NCBI GenBank assembly: GCA_903882995.1 | Contig: CAIRZE010000118.1 | Location: 1 to 41,034 of the forward strand | Direction: 5' to 3' | DNA length: 41,034 bases | Source: an uncultured Candidatus Competibacteraceae bacterium | Lineage (GTDB): Bacteria; Pseudomonadota; Gammaproteobacteria; Competibacterales; Competibacteraceae | Shown: piece after piece, positions 9,547 to 18,671 of the stretch | Layout of the letters: the number at the start of each line of letters is the position of its first letter | How positions within the stretch are numbered: position 1 is the stretch's first letter | Notes under the pieces: model-generated | What the model was told of the DNA's origin: nothing | Databases searched by the model: none | Seen by the model: the letters and a program-made list of their open reading frames with translations, nothing else | Program-made: the position numbers and the translations under genes

Positions 9547-10149
9547 TTAGCGTGCGACTAACCAAGATGCAATTCTATACGGGACTTCACGTTGGGCACG
9601 AGAGCTAACATGTATTCCGATATGACAACCCTCAAAGGAAAATTCTGAGTAGTCTCGACTTCTGCTTCTGCATAGTCTGCCCAAAGCCTGAGATGCAGAT
9701 GAAGGTACTAAATGGTCTTGGATCGCATACACATTAATACACATTAAGTACCGGCATAACGATATTACTTAAATCTACAACACAACGGTCTCCAAGTATC
9801 ACTTCACCCTTTATCAATTTGTTTTTTTGGAAGAAGTCCCTTGCGAATTGGAGAAATCCCTCCCCCGCCTGATCGGGGCTGTCAAAAATCCACTTTTCCC
9901 ATCCTAAGGAAATTTCTCAGCACCGAAGCATCATCGAGGATATCGATCAGATTTACATATTTTTGGCTAACCATCCGGAATGGGCTTAGTGATAAAAATG
10001 CGAAGTTCAAAAAGACCCCTGGTAAATTACCAAAACTACTTACAAGCAGTTCGAAGTTAACATATCGTAATATTTTTCATGCCAGCTACAAGGTGGTCTT
10101 CATAATCATGAATTTCCTCGCTAATCTGTGCTGGTGTCAGGCGTATCAT
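9547..10149 (-). pseudogene. phaC: Class III PHA synthase catalytic subunit PhaC, pseudogene
   Basis: Four out-of-frame pieces: MIRLTPAQISEEIHDYEDHLVAGMKNI / FGNLPGVFLNFAFLSLSPFRMVSQKYVNLIDILDD...NFLRM / KWIFDSPDQAGEGFLQFARDFFQKN...MPVLNVY* / NVYAIQDHLVP...CHIGIHVSSRAQREV; large internal deletion near 10065 removes the catalytic Cys region. Confidence 0.92.
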
Positions 10150-10169
10150 ATACTTTCATCTCCATTTGT

Positions 10170-10753
10170 ACTTATAGCAAACAGAATAGCAGTATTAAGC
10201 AAATGCCCGCTCAGCTCGCTATAAGTAGTACTATGACATCATATCTTTGTATATCTCCTCATTACAATCAACCCATAAATTATAAATTCCTCTCATACTA
10301 TCGATTATCTCACCACTCCTGTACATTTCAACTAACTTTTTTCCATTAACTTTTTTCCATCAAATCCAACGCACTTACGGCTATATACCGTAACATATCG
10401 AGATATTGATTTTGCACCTGTAGATAATTATTTCAGGCGCAATTTGGAACTTCATTTGGAGAAATGATATTCATAGCCTTTGCAGTTCTTTACCATAAAT
10501 CGATTGTCTGTCCCCAAAATTGGGGTAGTGCTAGATCCATCTCTGGATCCTTAACTTCACTAGTAAGGATGCTTTTGAATTTAGCAAAAATCTGACAGAA
10601 CTGTAATTCTGTATTCCAGGATACTCCATTTCCTGTTTCACATTGTAACCGTCCAGACAGTTCCACTGCTTGTTCAACGAAGGCTAGATAACTCTTCAGC
10701 TGATCTAGCAAGCATCCATTATCTAGGAAAGAGTGCACAGTTCGCTCATACAT
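10170..10753 (-). pseudogene. phaE: Class III PHA synthase subunit PhaE, pseudogene
   Basis: FWGQTIDLW*R, then GEIIDSMRGIYNLWVDCNEEIY and YSELSGHLLN resemble the PhaE motifs FW..PLDNWQR, IDS.R.LYD.WV.C.E..Y, Y....G.LVN; directly upstream of phaC; multiple stops, frameshifts and deletions. Confidence 0.85.
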
Positions 10754-10778
10754 AGGAAATTTTTATAAAATAGCTCAC

Positions 10779-12254
10779 TCATCTATAAATTTTTTGTGCA
10801 GCAGCTTCTGCTTTAAACTGTTTGAGTCGCGTTGATAAACTGAACTTATCGTTTGCTAAGACACCCACAGTCTGCATCCCAAGTTCCAAATGTTCTATAG
10901 CTAGTAATAATTCACCGTTTATATAATGATATTCAGCCATTGCGGTATGGGTTGTTAGCATATCCCCAGCCCGCTGAGCGGCCCTGGCGTATGTCTCATA
11001 TAGTATGGAGGAGTGAGGGTGACGATTTAGGTATGGTTTTAATATGTACAAAGCGCGTTTCGGATCACCCTGCATGGCCAACGCTTGCCCATAGTGCACT
11101 GCTAGAGCGAAGTTATCTGGATATATTAGCTGTGTTTTCTCGAATAACCGCAATGCCTGTTCGATTTCACCTTTAGCTAATGCGATTTCAGCTGCTTCTA
11201 TACGGAATGCTAATCTGTTTGGATCGTCTTTCTGCAGAAGAGAAATCTGTTGTTGAGCTTCCTTATAATGACCTGCCTGCCGCAGAGCCATGGCATAAGA
11301 GTAGCGTGTGGCAGCCTCGTTCCTTAAGTTGCCTTTCTCCAACAAGGTTTCACACTCCCGAAGCAGCGTTTGGATATCTCCTGTTGTTAGTACCACAACC
11401 CGCGCCTTAGCAAAATAATAGGCTTTACTATCTCTGACTGCTATACCCCTTAGTGGAATTACTTCAAGTGGATCTTGTATATCTGAAATGCGATTCTCAG
11501 GACGTGGATGAGTTAGCAACATCTCAGGTACATTATTCTCCAATCCATTGGATTGACGCTCTAGCTTTATAAAAAAATTACTAATACCAAGTGGATTAAA
11601 GCCAGAATTGGCCAGCAGGTGCCTACCGACTCGATCTGCTTCCTGTTCATTGGCGCGTGTAAAGCTGATCTGATGCTGTGCTCCTACAGCTAGCGTGCCG
11701 ACCATTGCTGCCTGGCTACCCTGTTTACTGGTCGCTGCTATTGTAGCTGAGAAAATCATCGCAACAGCCATCGGTAGAGCCATCCGTCGCATATCAGAAA
11801 TGGCACTAATAACATGACGCTGAGAAATATGTGCGATTTCGTGTGCAATTACACCTGCCAGTTCATCTTCACATTCTGTTGCTAAAATCAATCCGCTGTT
11901 TATACCGATAAAATTATACGGTAGTGCAAAGGAGTTTATGCTCCCGTTCCTGAGCAAGAAAAAAGTGATTGGTATACCATGATTTTCAGAGTGATTTGAA
12001 ATATTCTGTCCTATGGAGTCAAGATAGGCATTCAGCTGCGCATCCTCGATTATTAATTCGCGCGCTCGTAATTTCCGCATGATCTCTAGACCTAAACTCC
12101 TTTCTTCTTCAAAGCCTACATATGATGTGGTCGGATCGCCTATACTTGGCAACAGAATAGATTGTGTGGCTTGTGTCAGATTAGAGGTTAAAATAAGTAC
12201 AACAGCAAACAGAATTCTTAATATCAAATTACCGCAAATTAGACGTGGAATCAT
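10779..12254 (-). CDS. bepA: Beta-barrel assembly-enhancing M48 metalloprotease with TPRs
   Basis: Signal peptide, LPSIGD, INSFALP, AHEIAH zinc motif, FTRANEQEADRVG, LLTHP, TPR C-terminus. Confidence 0.9.
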   Translation of the reverse strand: MIPRLICGNLILRILFAVVLILTSNLTQATQSILLPSIGDPTTSYVGFEEERSLGLEIMRKLRARELIIEDAQLNAYLDSIGQNISNHSENHGIPITFFLLRNGSINSFALPYNFIGINSGLILATECEDELAGVIAHEIAHISQRHVISAISDMRRMALPMAVAMIFSATIAATSKQGSQAAMVGTLAVGAQHQISFTRANEQEADRVGRHLLANSGFNPLGISNFFIKLERQSNGLENNVPEMLLTHPRPENRISDIQDPLEVIPLRGIAVRDSKAYYFAKARVVVLTTGDIQTLLRECETLLEKGNLRNEAATRYSYAMALRQAGHYKEAQQQISLLQKDDPNRLAFRIEAAEIALAKGEIEQALRLFEKTQLIYPDNFALAVHYGQALAMQGDPKRALYILKPYLNRHPHSSILYETYARAAQRAGDMLTTHTAMAEYHYINGELLLAIEHLELGMQTVGVLANDKFSLSTRLKQFKAEAAAQKIYR

Positions 12255-12503
12255 ATTCAAATCTGATATTTGTTTCTAATCTCTAGGATTACTACTAGAT
12301 AGATAGTGGAGAAGGATCACTGCTGCAGTGCAGTTTCCCAATAAAAAGCTGGAACACTGAATGACCAAAAGAAATACAACCCAAGAGACAGGTATATGGA
12401 TTACACAGGAGTAAACCATAGATGCTTTGAGTGTCTATATTAAATTTAACTGAAAATATTTATATATATTTGCTATTATTCCTAACTATATAGGATATGT
12501 GAA

Positions 12504-14015
12504 TTACACTAATACCACATCGTATTGTTCTCTAGTGTATAATGCATCGGCCTGGAACTTAATTGGAAGACCGATAAACTCCTCTAGTTGAGATACGCTG
12601 CCTGATTCTTTTCCCAGCATCCGGTCTACTATATCTGGTGCAGCTAGCACCACAAATTGATGGGGCGCATACCGGCGCGCCTCGCGTAGCAGTTCGCGAA
12701 AGATTTCATAGCAGACTGTTTCTGCTGTCTTGATTAAACCACGGCTATCGCATAGTGGGCAAGGTTCGCATAGAATCTGTTCAAGATTTTCGCGTGTGCG
12801 CTTACGGGTCATTTCGACTAACCCTAAAGGCGACACCTGTGAGATATAGTTTTTGGCACGATCTTTTTCTAAATGTCTCTCAAGTGTTTTTAATACAGCC
12901 TGCTGGTGTTCTGCACTGTTCATGTCAATAAAGTCGAGAACGACAATACCACCCATATTACGCAAGCGTAGTTGACGTGCTATAGCAGCCGCTGCTTCTA
13001 GATTTGTCTTAAAGATAGTTTCTTCTAGAGTTAGATTACGATGCCCAACATAAGCACCTGTGTTTACATCAATGGTTGCCATGGCTTCAGTCTGATCAAT
13101 TATAAGGTATCCGCCAGATTTGAGAGGCACTTTCTTTCTCAATGCTTGTTGGACTTCATCTTCAATACTGTATATTTCGAAAATAGGCTGCCCGTTTTGA
13201 TAATATTCAAGGCGTGAAGAAATTTCAGGCACAAATTTATTAGAAAACTCAAGCATACGTTGGTAGGTTCTTCTCGAATCTACACGAACCCTTTCCACTC
13301 TGTGGCCAACAAAATCTCTCAAAACTCGTAGAACCAAAGGCAAGTCTTCATATATTGCTACAATGCCATTAGTTTGCAGTATGCGTTCCTGAATGAAGTG
13401 CCATAACCTTTGTAGAAACTCCATATCGGTCCGCAAATCGGAGAGTGTAGCGCCCTCAGCAGCGGTACGTACAATATAACCACCGCCGAATTCAGCACGC
13501 AGACTGTCGATAGTTTCTTTCAGACGCTGTCTCTCATATTCACTATCTATTTTAGAAGATACTCCTGCTATTTCAGAATCAGCTAAAAAGACTAGAGAAC
13601 AGGATGGCAGTGTAATATGAGTTGTCAATCGAGCACCCTTAGCCCCAATGGGATCTTTTATAACTTGCACTATTAGTTCTTGACCCTCTCTTACTAATCC
13701 CTTTATTGTTGGTTCCTGCTGACGCTTAAAATTAGTGTTTAACAAATTATTATCAAGTGAAGTTGCTGGATAAAGATCAGATAAGTGTAAAAAGGCAGCC
13801 CGCTCTAGACCAATATCTATAAATGCCGCTTCCATACCAGGCAGTACCCGACAGACTCGACCTTTGTAAATATTACCGACTAAGCCGCGTTTACATGAAC
13901 GCTCAATAAGAATTTCCTGTAGGATACCATCCTCAACTACAGCTACCCTAGTCTCTTGAGGTGTGACGCTTATCAGAATCTCATCTCTTATGCTACCTTC
14001 CGTATGTGTTGCCAT
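12504..14015 (-). CDS. rng: Ribonuclease G
   Basis: EILISVTPQETRVAVVE, GNIYKGRV, LPGMEAAFIDIG, IDVNTG, DFIDM, EQYDVVL; start uncertain. Confidence 0.95.
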   Translation of the reverse strand: MATHTEGSIRDEILISVTPQETRVAVVEDGILQEILIERSCKRGLVGNIYKGRVCRVLPGMEAAFIDIGLERAAFLHLSDLYPATSLDNNLLNTNFKRQQEPTIKGLVREGQELIVQVIKDPIGAKGARLTTHITLPSCSLVFLADSEIAGVSSKIDSEYERQRLKETIDSLRAEFGGGYIVRTAAEGATLSDLRTDMEFLQRLWHFIQERILQTNGIVAIYEDLPLVLRVLRDFVGHRVERVRVDSRRTYQRMLEFSNKFVPEISSRLEYYQNGQPIFEIYSIEDEVQQALRKKVPLKSGGYLIIDQTEAMATIDVNTGAYVGHRNLTLEETIFKTNLEAAAAIARQLRLRNMGGIVVLDFIDMNSAEHQQAVLKTLERHLEKDRAKNYISQVSPLGLVEMTRKRTRENLEQILCEPCPLCDSRGLIKTAETVCYEIFRELLREARRYAPHQFVVLAAPDIVDRMLGKESGSVSQLEEFIGLPIKFQADALYTREQYDVVLV

Positions 14016-14059
14016 ACAATTGTGATGCCTGTTAAGGTCATTACCAAAGAATCTCAAAT

Positions 14060-14280
14060 AACAGCTGTCCTATAACCTATAATGGACACAGGAGGCAGAG
14101 GCGGACTAGACACCAAATAAGTGGTTTACAACCAGCCTAGCCTGGCGATGAATATCGTAACTCATCAAGTTTTCAATAGTTTTCCTAAGTTTGACAGTGC
14201 AGCTGCACTCTATGATATCCATATATTTGTTATAGAAGGAATTTTCCCGGTAGAAGAAGAATAAAAATCATAGTTATAAT
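14060..14280 (-). pseudogene. Probable site of an almost completely erased maf gene
   Basis: Lies between rlmH and rng where maf is usually found; only a faint IFIARLG-like remnant. Confidence 0.25.
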
Positions 14281-14284
14281 GGTA

Positions 14285-14659
14285 TTAGGCACGATGATAG
14301 GGATGGTTATTCAATAGGCTCCAGGCACGATAAATTTGTTCAGCGACTAACACTTGCACCAACAAGTGTGGAAAAATAAGCGGCGACAGTGTCCACAATA
14401 AATCTGCTTTGTCGCAGCATATAGTATCTAGACCTCCAGGACCACCGATCAGGATACCCAGATGGCACTGCAGCCAGTAAACGGCTTCCTTCATCACGGA
14501 TGATTATGCATCAGATCTATTTTCACACTTCTTTTACCAGCAGGAATTTCAACGAGATTCAAAGCAAACTTCACGAGGTAACCGACCAGCGTATTCAGCA
14601 TAGCCAGCTTTGATCCAATATGGTATACGAACACCAATAGTAAGCATATGAATCTTTAT
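14285..14659 (-). pseudogene. rlmH: 23S rRNA pseudouridine-1915 N3-methyltransferase, pseudogene
   Basis: ATA in place of start; IKIHMLTIGVRIPYWIKAGYAEYAGRLP / LNLVEIPAGKR / [14 protein letters not shown] / LIGGPGGL...[10 protein letters not shown]...[17 protein letters not shown] in different frames, with an internal deletion. Confidence 0.92.
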
Positions 14660-14675
14660 CAGTTATAGGTATCAA

Positions 14676-15035
14676 TTATAAGTAATTAGCTGTTTGCTGA
14701 CTAACTCCGTTGCTATATATCTTCCAGAGTTTTTCCAAGTTATAAAAATCTCGCACCTGTGGTAGCATGACATGTACGACGATGTCGTTCAAATCTAATA
14801 GTATCCATTCAGCTTCCCTTTGTCCCTCAACTCCCAGAGGCCGCACTCCTACCAGGTTGGATTTCTCTATTACTTTAGAAGCTAGAGCCTTTACGTGCCG
14901 AGTGGATTGGCCACTAGCGATGACCATTAAATCAGTGAATGTGGAAAGGCTATGCAAATCTAGTACTTTGATATTATATGCTTTCAATTCTTCTAGGCCG
15001 CTAATGATAACTTTCTGTAGGGCTTCTCGTTGCAT
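14676..15035 (-). CDS. rsfS: Ribosome silencing factor
   Basis: LEELKA, MVIASGQSTRHVKALA, WILLDLNDIVVHVM, RDFYNLEKLW; start at ATG 15035. Confidence 0.93.
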   Translation of the reverse strand: MQREALQKVIISGLEELKAYNIKVLDLHSLSTFTDLMVIASGQSTRHVKALASKVIEKSNLVGVRPLGVEGQREAEWILLDLNDIVVHVMLPQVRDFYNLEKLWKIYSNGVSQQTANYL

Positions 15036-15058
15036 ATCGTACAGTTTATCCTTATAGG

Positions 15059-15730
15059 TTAGCAGGGTTTTGAATGGTAGTAGGTGTAGGTAGACTGGTA
15101 TAGAGCACGGTCTCTGATACAGGCTAGAGTATCTTCTGGTAAAAGGTGGTGTGGTGATTGACCACACGCCAGCATGGCACGAATCTGAGTAGCAGAAATA
15201 TCCAATTGGGTGACAGGATAAAATAAGATGCTACCAGAAATACGTTGGTGTAATTCCAATGCGTCACGAGTAAGTCGTGGAGCGACAAACTTTTCCAATA
15301 GAGGCGGAATTGGTTTAAATACGCCAGGTCGCTGCATAACAACAATGTGTGTAAGTTCAATCAAATCCCGCCAGCGATACCAAGTATGTAATTCTTGAAA
15401 TACATCTGTACCTATTATTAAACATAAAGGTGTCCCATTAAAATCCATACGCAGTGAAGTTAGCGTATCCACCATGTAAGATGGTCCAGCCCGGCGCAGT
15501 TCCCGATCATCGACTACGAATCCAGGCTGACTCGCTGTAGCTAGGTGTACTAATTCTAGGCGTTGTTCCGCAGTTACAAGTGGGGAAGCACGGTGTGCTG
15601 GGATCCCACAAGGGATAAAGCGGATTTCAGCTAGAGATAAAGCTTCTAGCAATTCCAGAGCCGGCTGTAGATGACCATAGTGTATAGGATCAAAGGTGCC
15701 GCCTAGAACACCAATCGGCCCCAGGAGCAT
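15059..15730 (-). CDS. nadD: Nicotinate-nucleotide adenylyltransferase
   Basis: GGTFDPIHYGH, SYMVDTL, ISATQIR. Confidence 0.95.
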   Translation of the reverse strand: MLLGPIGVLGGTFDPIHYGHLQPALELLEALSLAEIRFIPCGIPAHRASPLVTAEQRLELVHLATASQPGFVVDDRELRRAGPSYMVDTLTSLRMDFNGTPLCLIIGTDVFQELHTWYRWRDLIELTHIVVMQRPGVFKPIPPLLEKFVAPRLTRDALELHQRISGSILFYPVTQLDISATQIRAMLACGQSPHHLLPEDTLACIRDRALYQSTYTYYHSKPC

Positions 15731-15773
15731 CTATTTACATCCCAAATAACCTTAGAGAACTGTTATCACATTT

Positions 15774-17057
15774 CTAAATACGGATATGTCCATCACCTAT
15801 AACTATAAATTTTAGTGTAGTTAAACCTTCTAATCCAACTGGACCCCTCACATGCAGCTTACCAGTACTGATGCCAATTTCAGCACCAAATCCAAACTCG
15901 CCGCCGTCGGCAAAACGGGTGGAGGCATTTACCATAACTGAACTAGAATCTACTTCACGCAGGAAACGCCGAGCTCTGCCATAATCTTGGGTGATGATAG
16001 CATCTGTGTGAGAAGAACCGTATTTAGATATATGACTTATTGCTTCTTCTATATCCTTTACAACCCGGACTGCTAAAATTGGAGCTAAATATTCGGTATA
16101 CCAATCATCCTCAATAGCCATTTTGATACCGGATAAAAATTTGCAGGTTTGATTACAACCACGGACCTCAACACCGGCATCCCGGTACATTTGAACCAAT
16201 ACTGGTAATATTTGCTCAGAGATACCTTCCGCTATCAGAAGAGTTTCCATTGTATTACAGGTACCATATCGTTGGGTCTTAGCATTATAAGCTACAGCAA
16301 TAGCTTTATTGAAGTCAGCACGATCATCGATGTAGACGTGACAGATGCCATCCATATGCTTGATCACTGGAACAGTTGCATCTCTACTAATCCGCTCGAT
16401 TAAACTCCTACCGCCGCGCGGAATGATCACATCTATATATTCAGACATACGGATCAGATCTCCGACTGCAGAGCGATCAGCAGTCCCTAACATTTGTACA
16501 GCATCTCCTGGTAATTTGGAAATAGCAAGCCCCTGTTGAATACAGGCAGCGATCGCATGATTGGAGTTAAACGCTTCAGAACCACCGCGCAATATAGCAG
16601 CATTCCCAGCTTTTAAGCATAGTGCCGCAGCGCCAGCGGTGACATTTGGGCGAGATTCATAAATAACGCCTATGACACCTATAGGGACCCGCATTCGCCC
16701 AACCTGAATACCAGAGGGTCGGTACCTGAGTTCGGTAATTTCACCAACTGGATCGTGGCAGGCTGCAACTTCTAGCAGGCTTTGCACCATTTCACGAATG
16801 TCTTTGGAGGTTAATTCCAACCTGTCTAGTAATGCTGGCTTCAACCCTAAAGCTTTACCAGCTTCCATATCTAGTTTATTTGCTGCGATCAATGACATCT
16901 CATCGGCTTCAAGAGCTGTGGCGATAGCTAGTAGAGCAGCATCTTTATCTCGCGTCTCGGCACAGCTAATAATACGGGAAGCGGCACGTGCGCGCTTTCC
17001 AACTTCTACCATATAGTTAGATATACCGTTAGAAATATCAGAATATTTATTCATCAA
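15774..17057 (-). CDS. proA: Gamma-glutamyl phosphate reductase
   Basis: [47 protein letters not shown]. Confidence 0.96.
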   Translation of the reverse strand: MMNKYSDISNGISNYMVEVGKRARAASRIISCAETRDKDAALLAIATALEADEMSLIAANKLDMEAGKALGLKPALLDRLELTSKDIREMVQSLLEVAACHDPVGEITELRYRPSGIQVGRMRVPIGVIGVIYESRPNVTAGAAALCLKAGNAAILRGGSEAFNSNHAIAACIQQGLAISKLPGDAVQMLGTADRSAVGDLIRMSEYIDVIIPRGGRSLIERISRDATVPVIKHMDGICHVYIDDRADFNKAIAVAYNAKTQRYGTCNTMETLLIAEGISEQILPVLVQMYRDAGVEVRGCNQTCKFLSGIKMAIEDDWYTEYLAPILAVRVVKDIEEAISHISKYGSSHTDAIITQDYGRARRFLREVDSSSVMVNASTRFADGGEFGFGAEIGISTGKLHVRGPVGLEGLTTLKFIVIGDGHIRI

Positions 17058-17114
17058 TTAAATTTACCTGTTAACCAACTGAAGCATGCATCTAATCAGT
17101 AACTTTGAAAATTT

Positions 17115-18140
17115 TTAAACTTGGTTAAATAGTAACTTTAAGCCTGCTAATCGCAAACTGTTCTCCAGCAACATATCCCACGGTGAACCAGCATCTATAC
17201 CCTTTATAGTCCTATCAATTTGGGCACAAGCACTTAATAAATATCGACATTCTGATAGACTCAACCGGTGCAGCGCTATTCTAATTAGTGACTTCCGCTT
17301 TTCCAAAAAATTTTGGTCAGTAAGTTTAGTTTCGAACTTTTCGTCATAATCTGCAGAGAATGCGAGCCTCACTAACAGCCGTGCTGTATGATATAAAACC
17401 CAATTAGCCAGAACTGGCTCGACGCTAGAGTTTTGTAACCAAGTTAGAATCCGCGTTACTCGTTTTGGTTGCCCAAGTAGCGCAGCATCAACCCAATCAT
17501 AAATACTGTAACGGGAACTATCGCATACAGCTGATAAAATAGATTCACTGGTTAAATTATTGCTGTCGACTAAAAGAACAAGCCTTTCAATTTCCTGGAT
17601 GGCAGCAAGCAAGTTACCTTCGACACGCCCAACTAAAAGTTCTACTGCCTCTATCGTAGGATTTAAACCATGCTCAATAAGCCGATGCTCGATCCAGCTT
17701 GGTAACAGTCGTGGGTCAATTGGGTTAGCAGAGATGACAACACCAGCCTTATCCAAAGCTTTAAACCAGTGACTTCTCTGAATACTCCACTCTAGTCTAC
17801 CAGCGGTGATAAGCATTAGGATATCCTCTGGGAGTCGAGCAGCATAGTTAATCAAAGCATTAGCGCCAGCATTACCCAGTTTAAAGTTACCAACACGCAA
17901 CTCTAGCAAGCATTTTCTTGAAAAAAGCGATCGACTGATAGTCCTTCGATGTAGTATGCTCCAATCGAAGCTAGCTTCCACATCCAGACGTTCCCGTTCC
18001 TCATATCCTTGATTTTTGGCAGCAGCGCGGATGGCGTTTATAGATTCTAAAACCAATAATTGTTCTTCACCGAACACAAAATACAAAGGTGCTAAGGTCA
18101 TCTTAAGATGACTATTAAGCTGGTCAGGGTATAATCTCAA
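17115..18140 (-). CDS. holA: DNA polymerase III delta subunit
   Basis: LRLYPDQL (TTG start overlapping the lptE stop), SLFS, EGNLLAAIQEIERL, IDRTIKG. Confidence 0.92.
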   Translation of the reverse strand: MRLYPDQLNSHLKMTLAPLYFVFGEEQLLVLESINAIRAAAKNQGYEERERLDVEASFDWSILHRRTISRSLFSRKCLLELRVGNFKLGNAGANALINYAARLPEDILMLITAGRLEWSIQRSHWFKALDKAGVVISANPIDPRLLPSWIEHRLIEHGLNPTIEAVELLVGRVEGNLLAAIQEIERLVLLVDSNNLTSESILSAVCDSSRYSIYDWVDAALLGQPKRVTRILTWLQNSSVEPVLANWVLYHTARLLVRLAFSADYDEKFETKLTDQNFLEKRKSLIRIALHRLSLSECRYLLSACAQIDRTIKGIDAGSPWDMLLENSLRLAGLKLLFNQV

Positions 18141-18661
18141 GGTTTGATATCCTGCAAACGACGTATTATCTGCCATGCTAAATCTTCGGCCATACTCTCT
18201 ATCATAGATTCCTGCGCATTTTCGAAGCCGAGTACCTGATTTTCGTCAAATAACAGGGCCCGGTTAGCACTGATGCTCTCTGCTGCAATAAGAATCTTAC
18301 CACTTGTGAGCTGGACCTCGTAAACTGCACTATAAACTAGGGCATACTCACGCTTGACATCTGAATTGTTGACAGCTATCGTACGTCTGCCACTGTCTTC
18401 GCTCATAATATTAATTATTGCTATCGCCTGAGACGGGTTATCAGTTACTGCTATATCTCCGCTGCTTGCTATTAGCGATTCCAGTTTCCGGCACAATACA
18501 CTTCTATAAAAATTACCAGAACCATTCCGGACTTGCTGCTGCACATAGATCACCTTAAATTCTGGTGAAAAATGTACTTGACTACGCAACTGGAAACCAC
18601 AACAGACTATTAAAGGTATTACTAATCCTATTAGCCCATTTCGAATAACCATCCAAATCAT
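18137..18661 (-). CDS. lptE: LPS assembly lipoprotein LptE
   Basis: Lipoprotein signal with CGFQLR, EYAL, QIIRRL; between leuS and holA. Confidence 0.88.
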   Translation of the reverse strand: MIWMVIRNGLIGLVIPLIVCCGFQLRSQVHFSPEFKVIYVQQQVRNGSGNFYRSVLCRKLESLIASSGDIAVTDNPSQAIAIINIMSEDSGRRTIAVNNSDVKREYALVYSAVYEVQLTSGKILIAAESISANRALLFDENQVLGFENAQESMIESMAEDLAWQIIRRLQDIKP

Positions 18662-18671
18662 GTATGTACAC

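Noticed and set aside
9841-10349. Plus-strand ORFs of 127 and 73 aa
   Set aside because: Antisense shadows of the phaC and phaE pseudogenes
14196-14209. AGTGCAGCTGCACT palindrome as a PhaR site
   Set aside because: Sits in decayed sequence mid-operon with 4-bp spacing and no link to pha genes; could be chance
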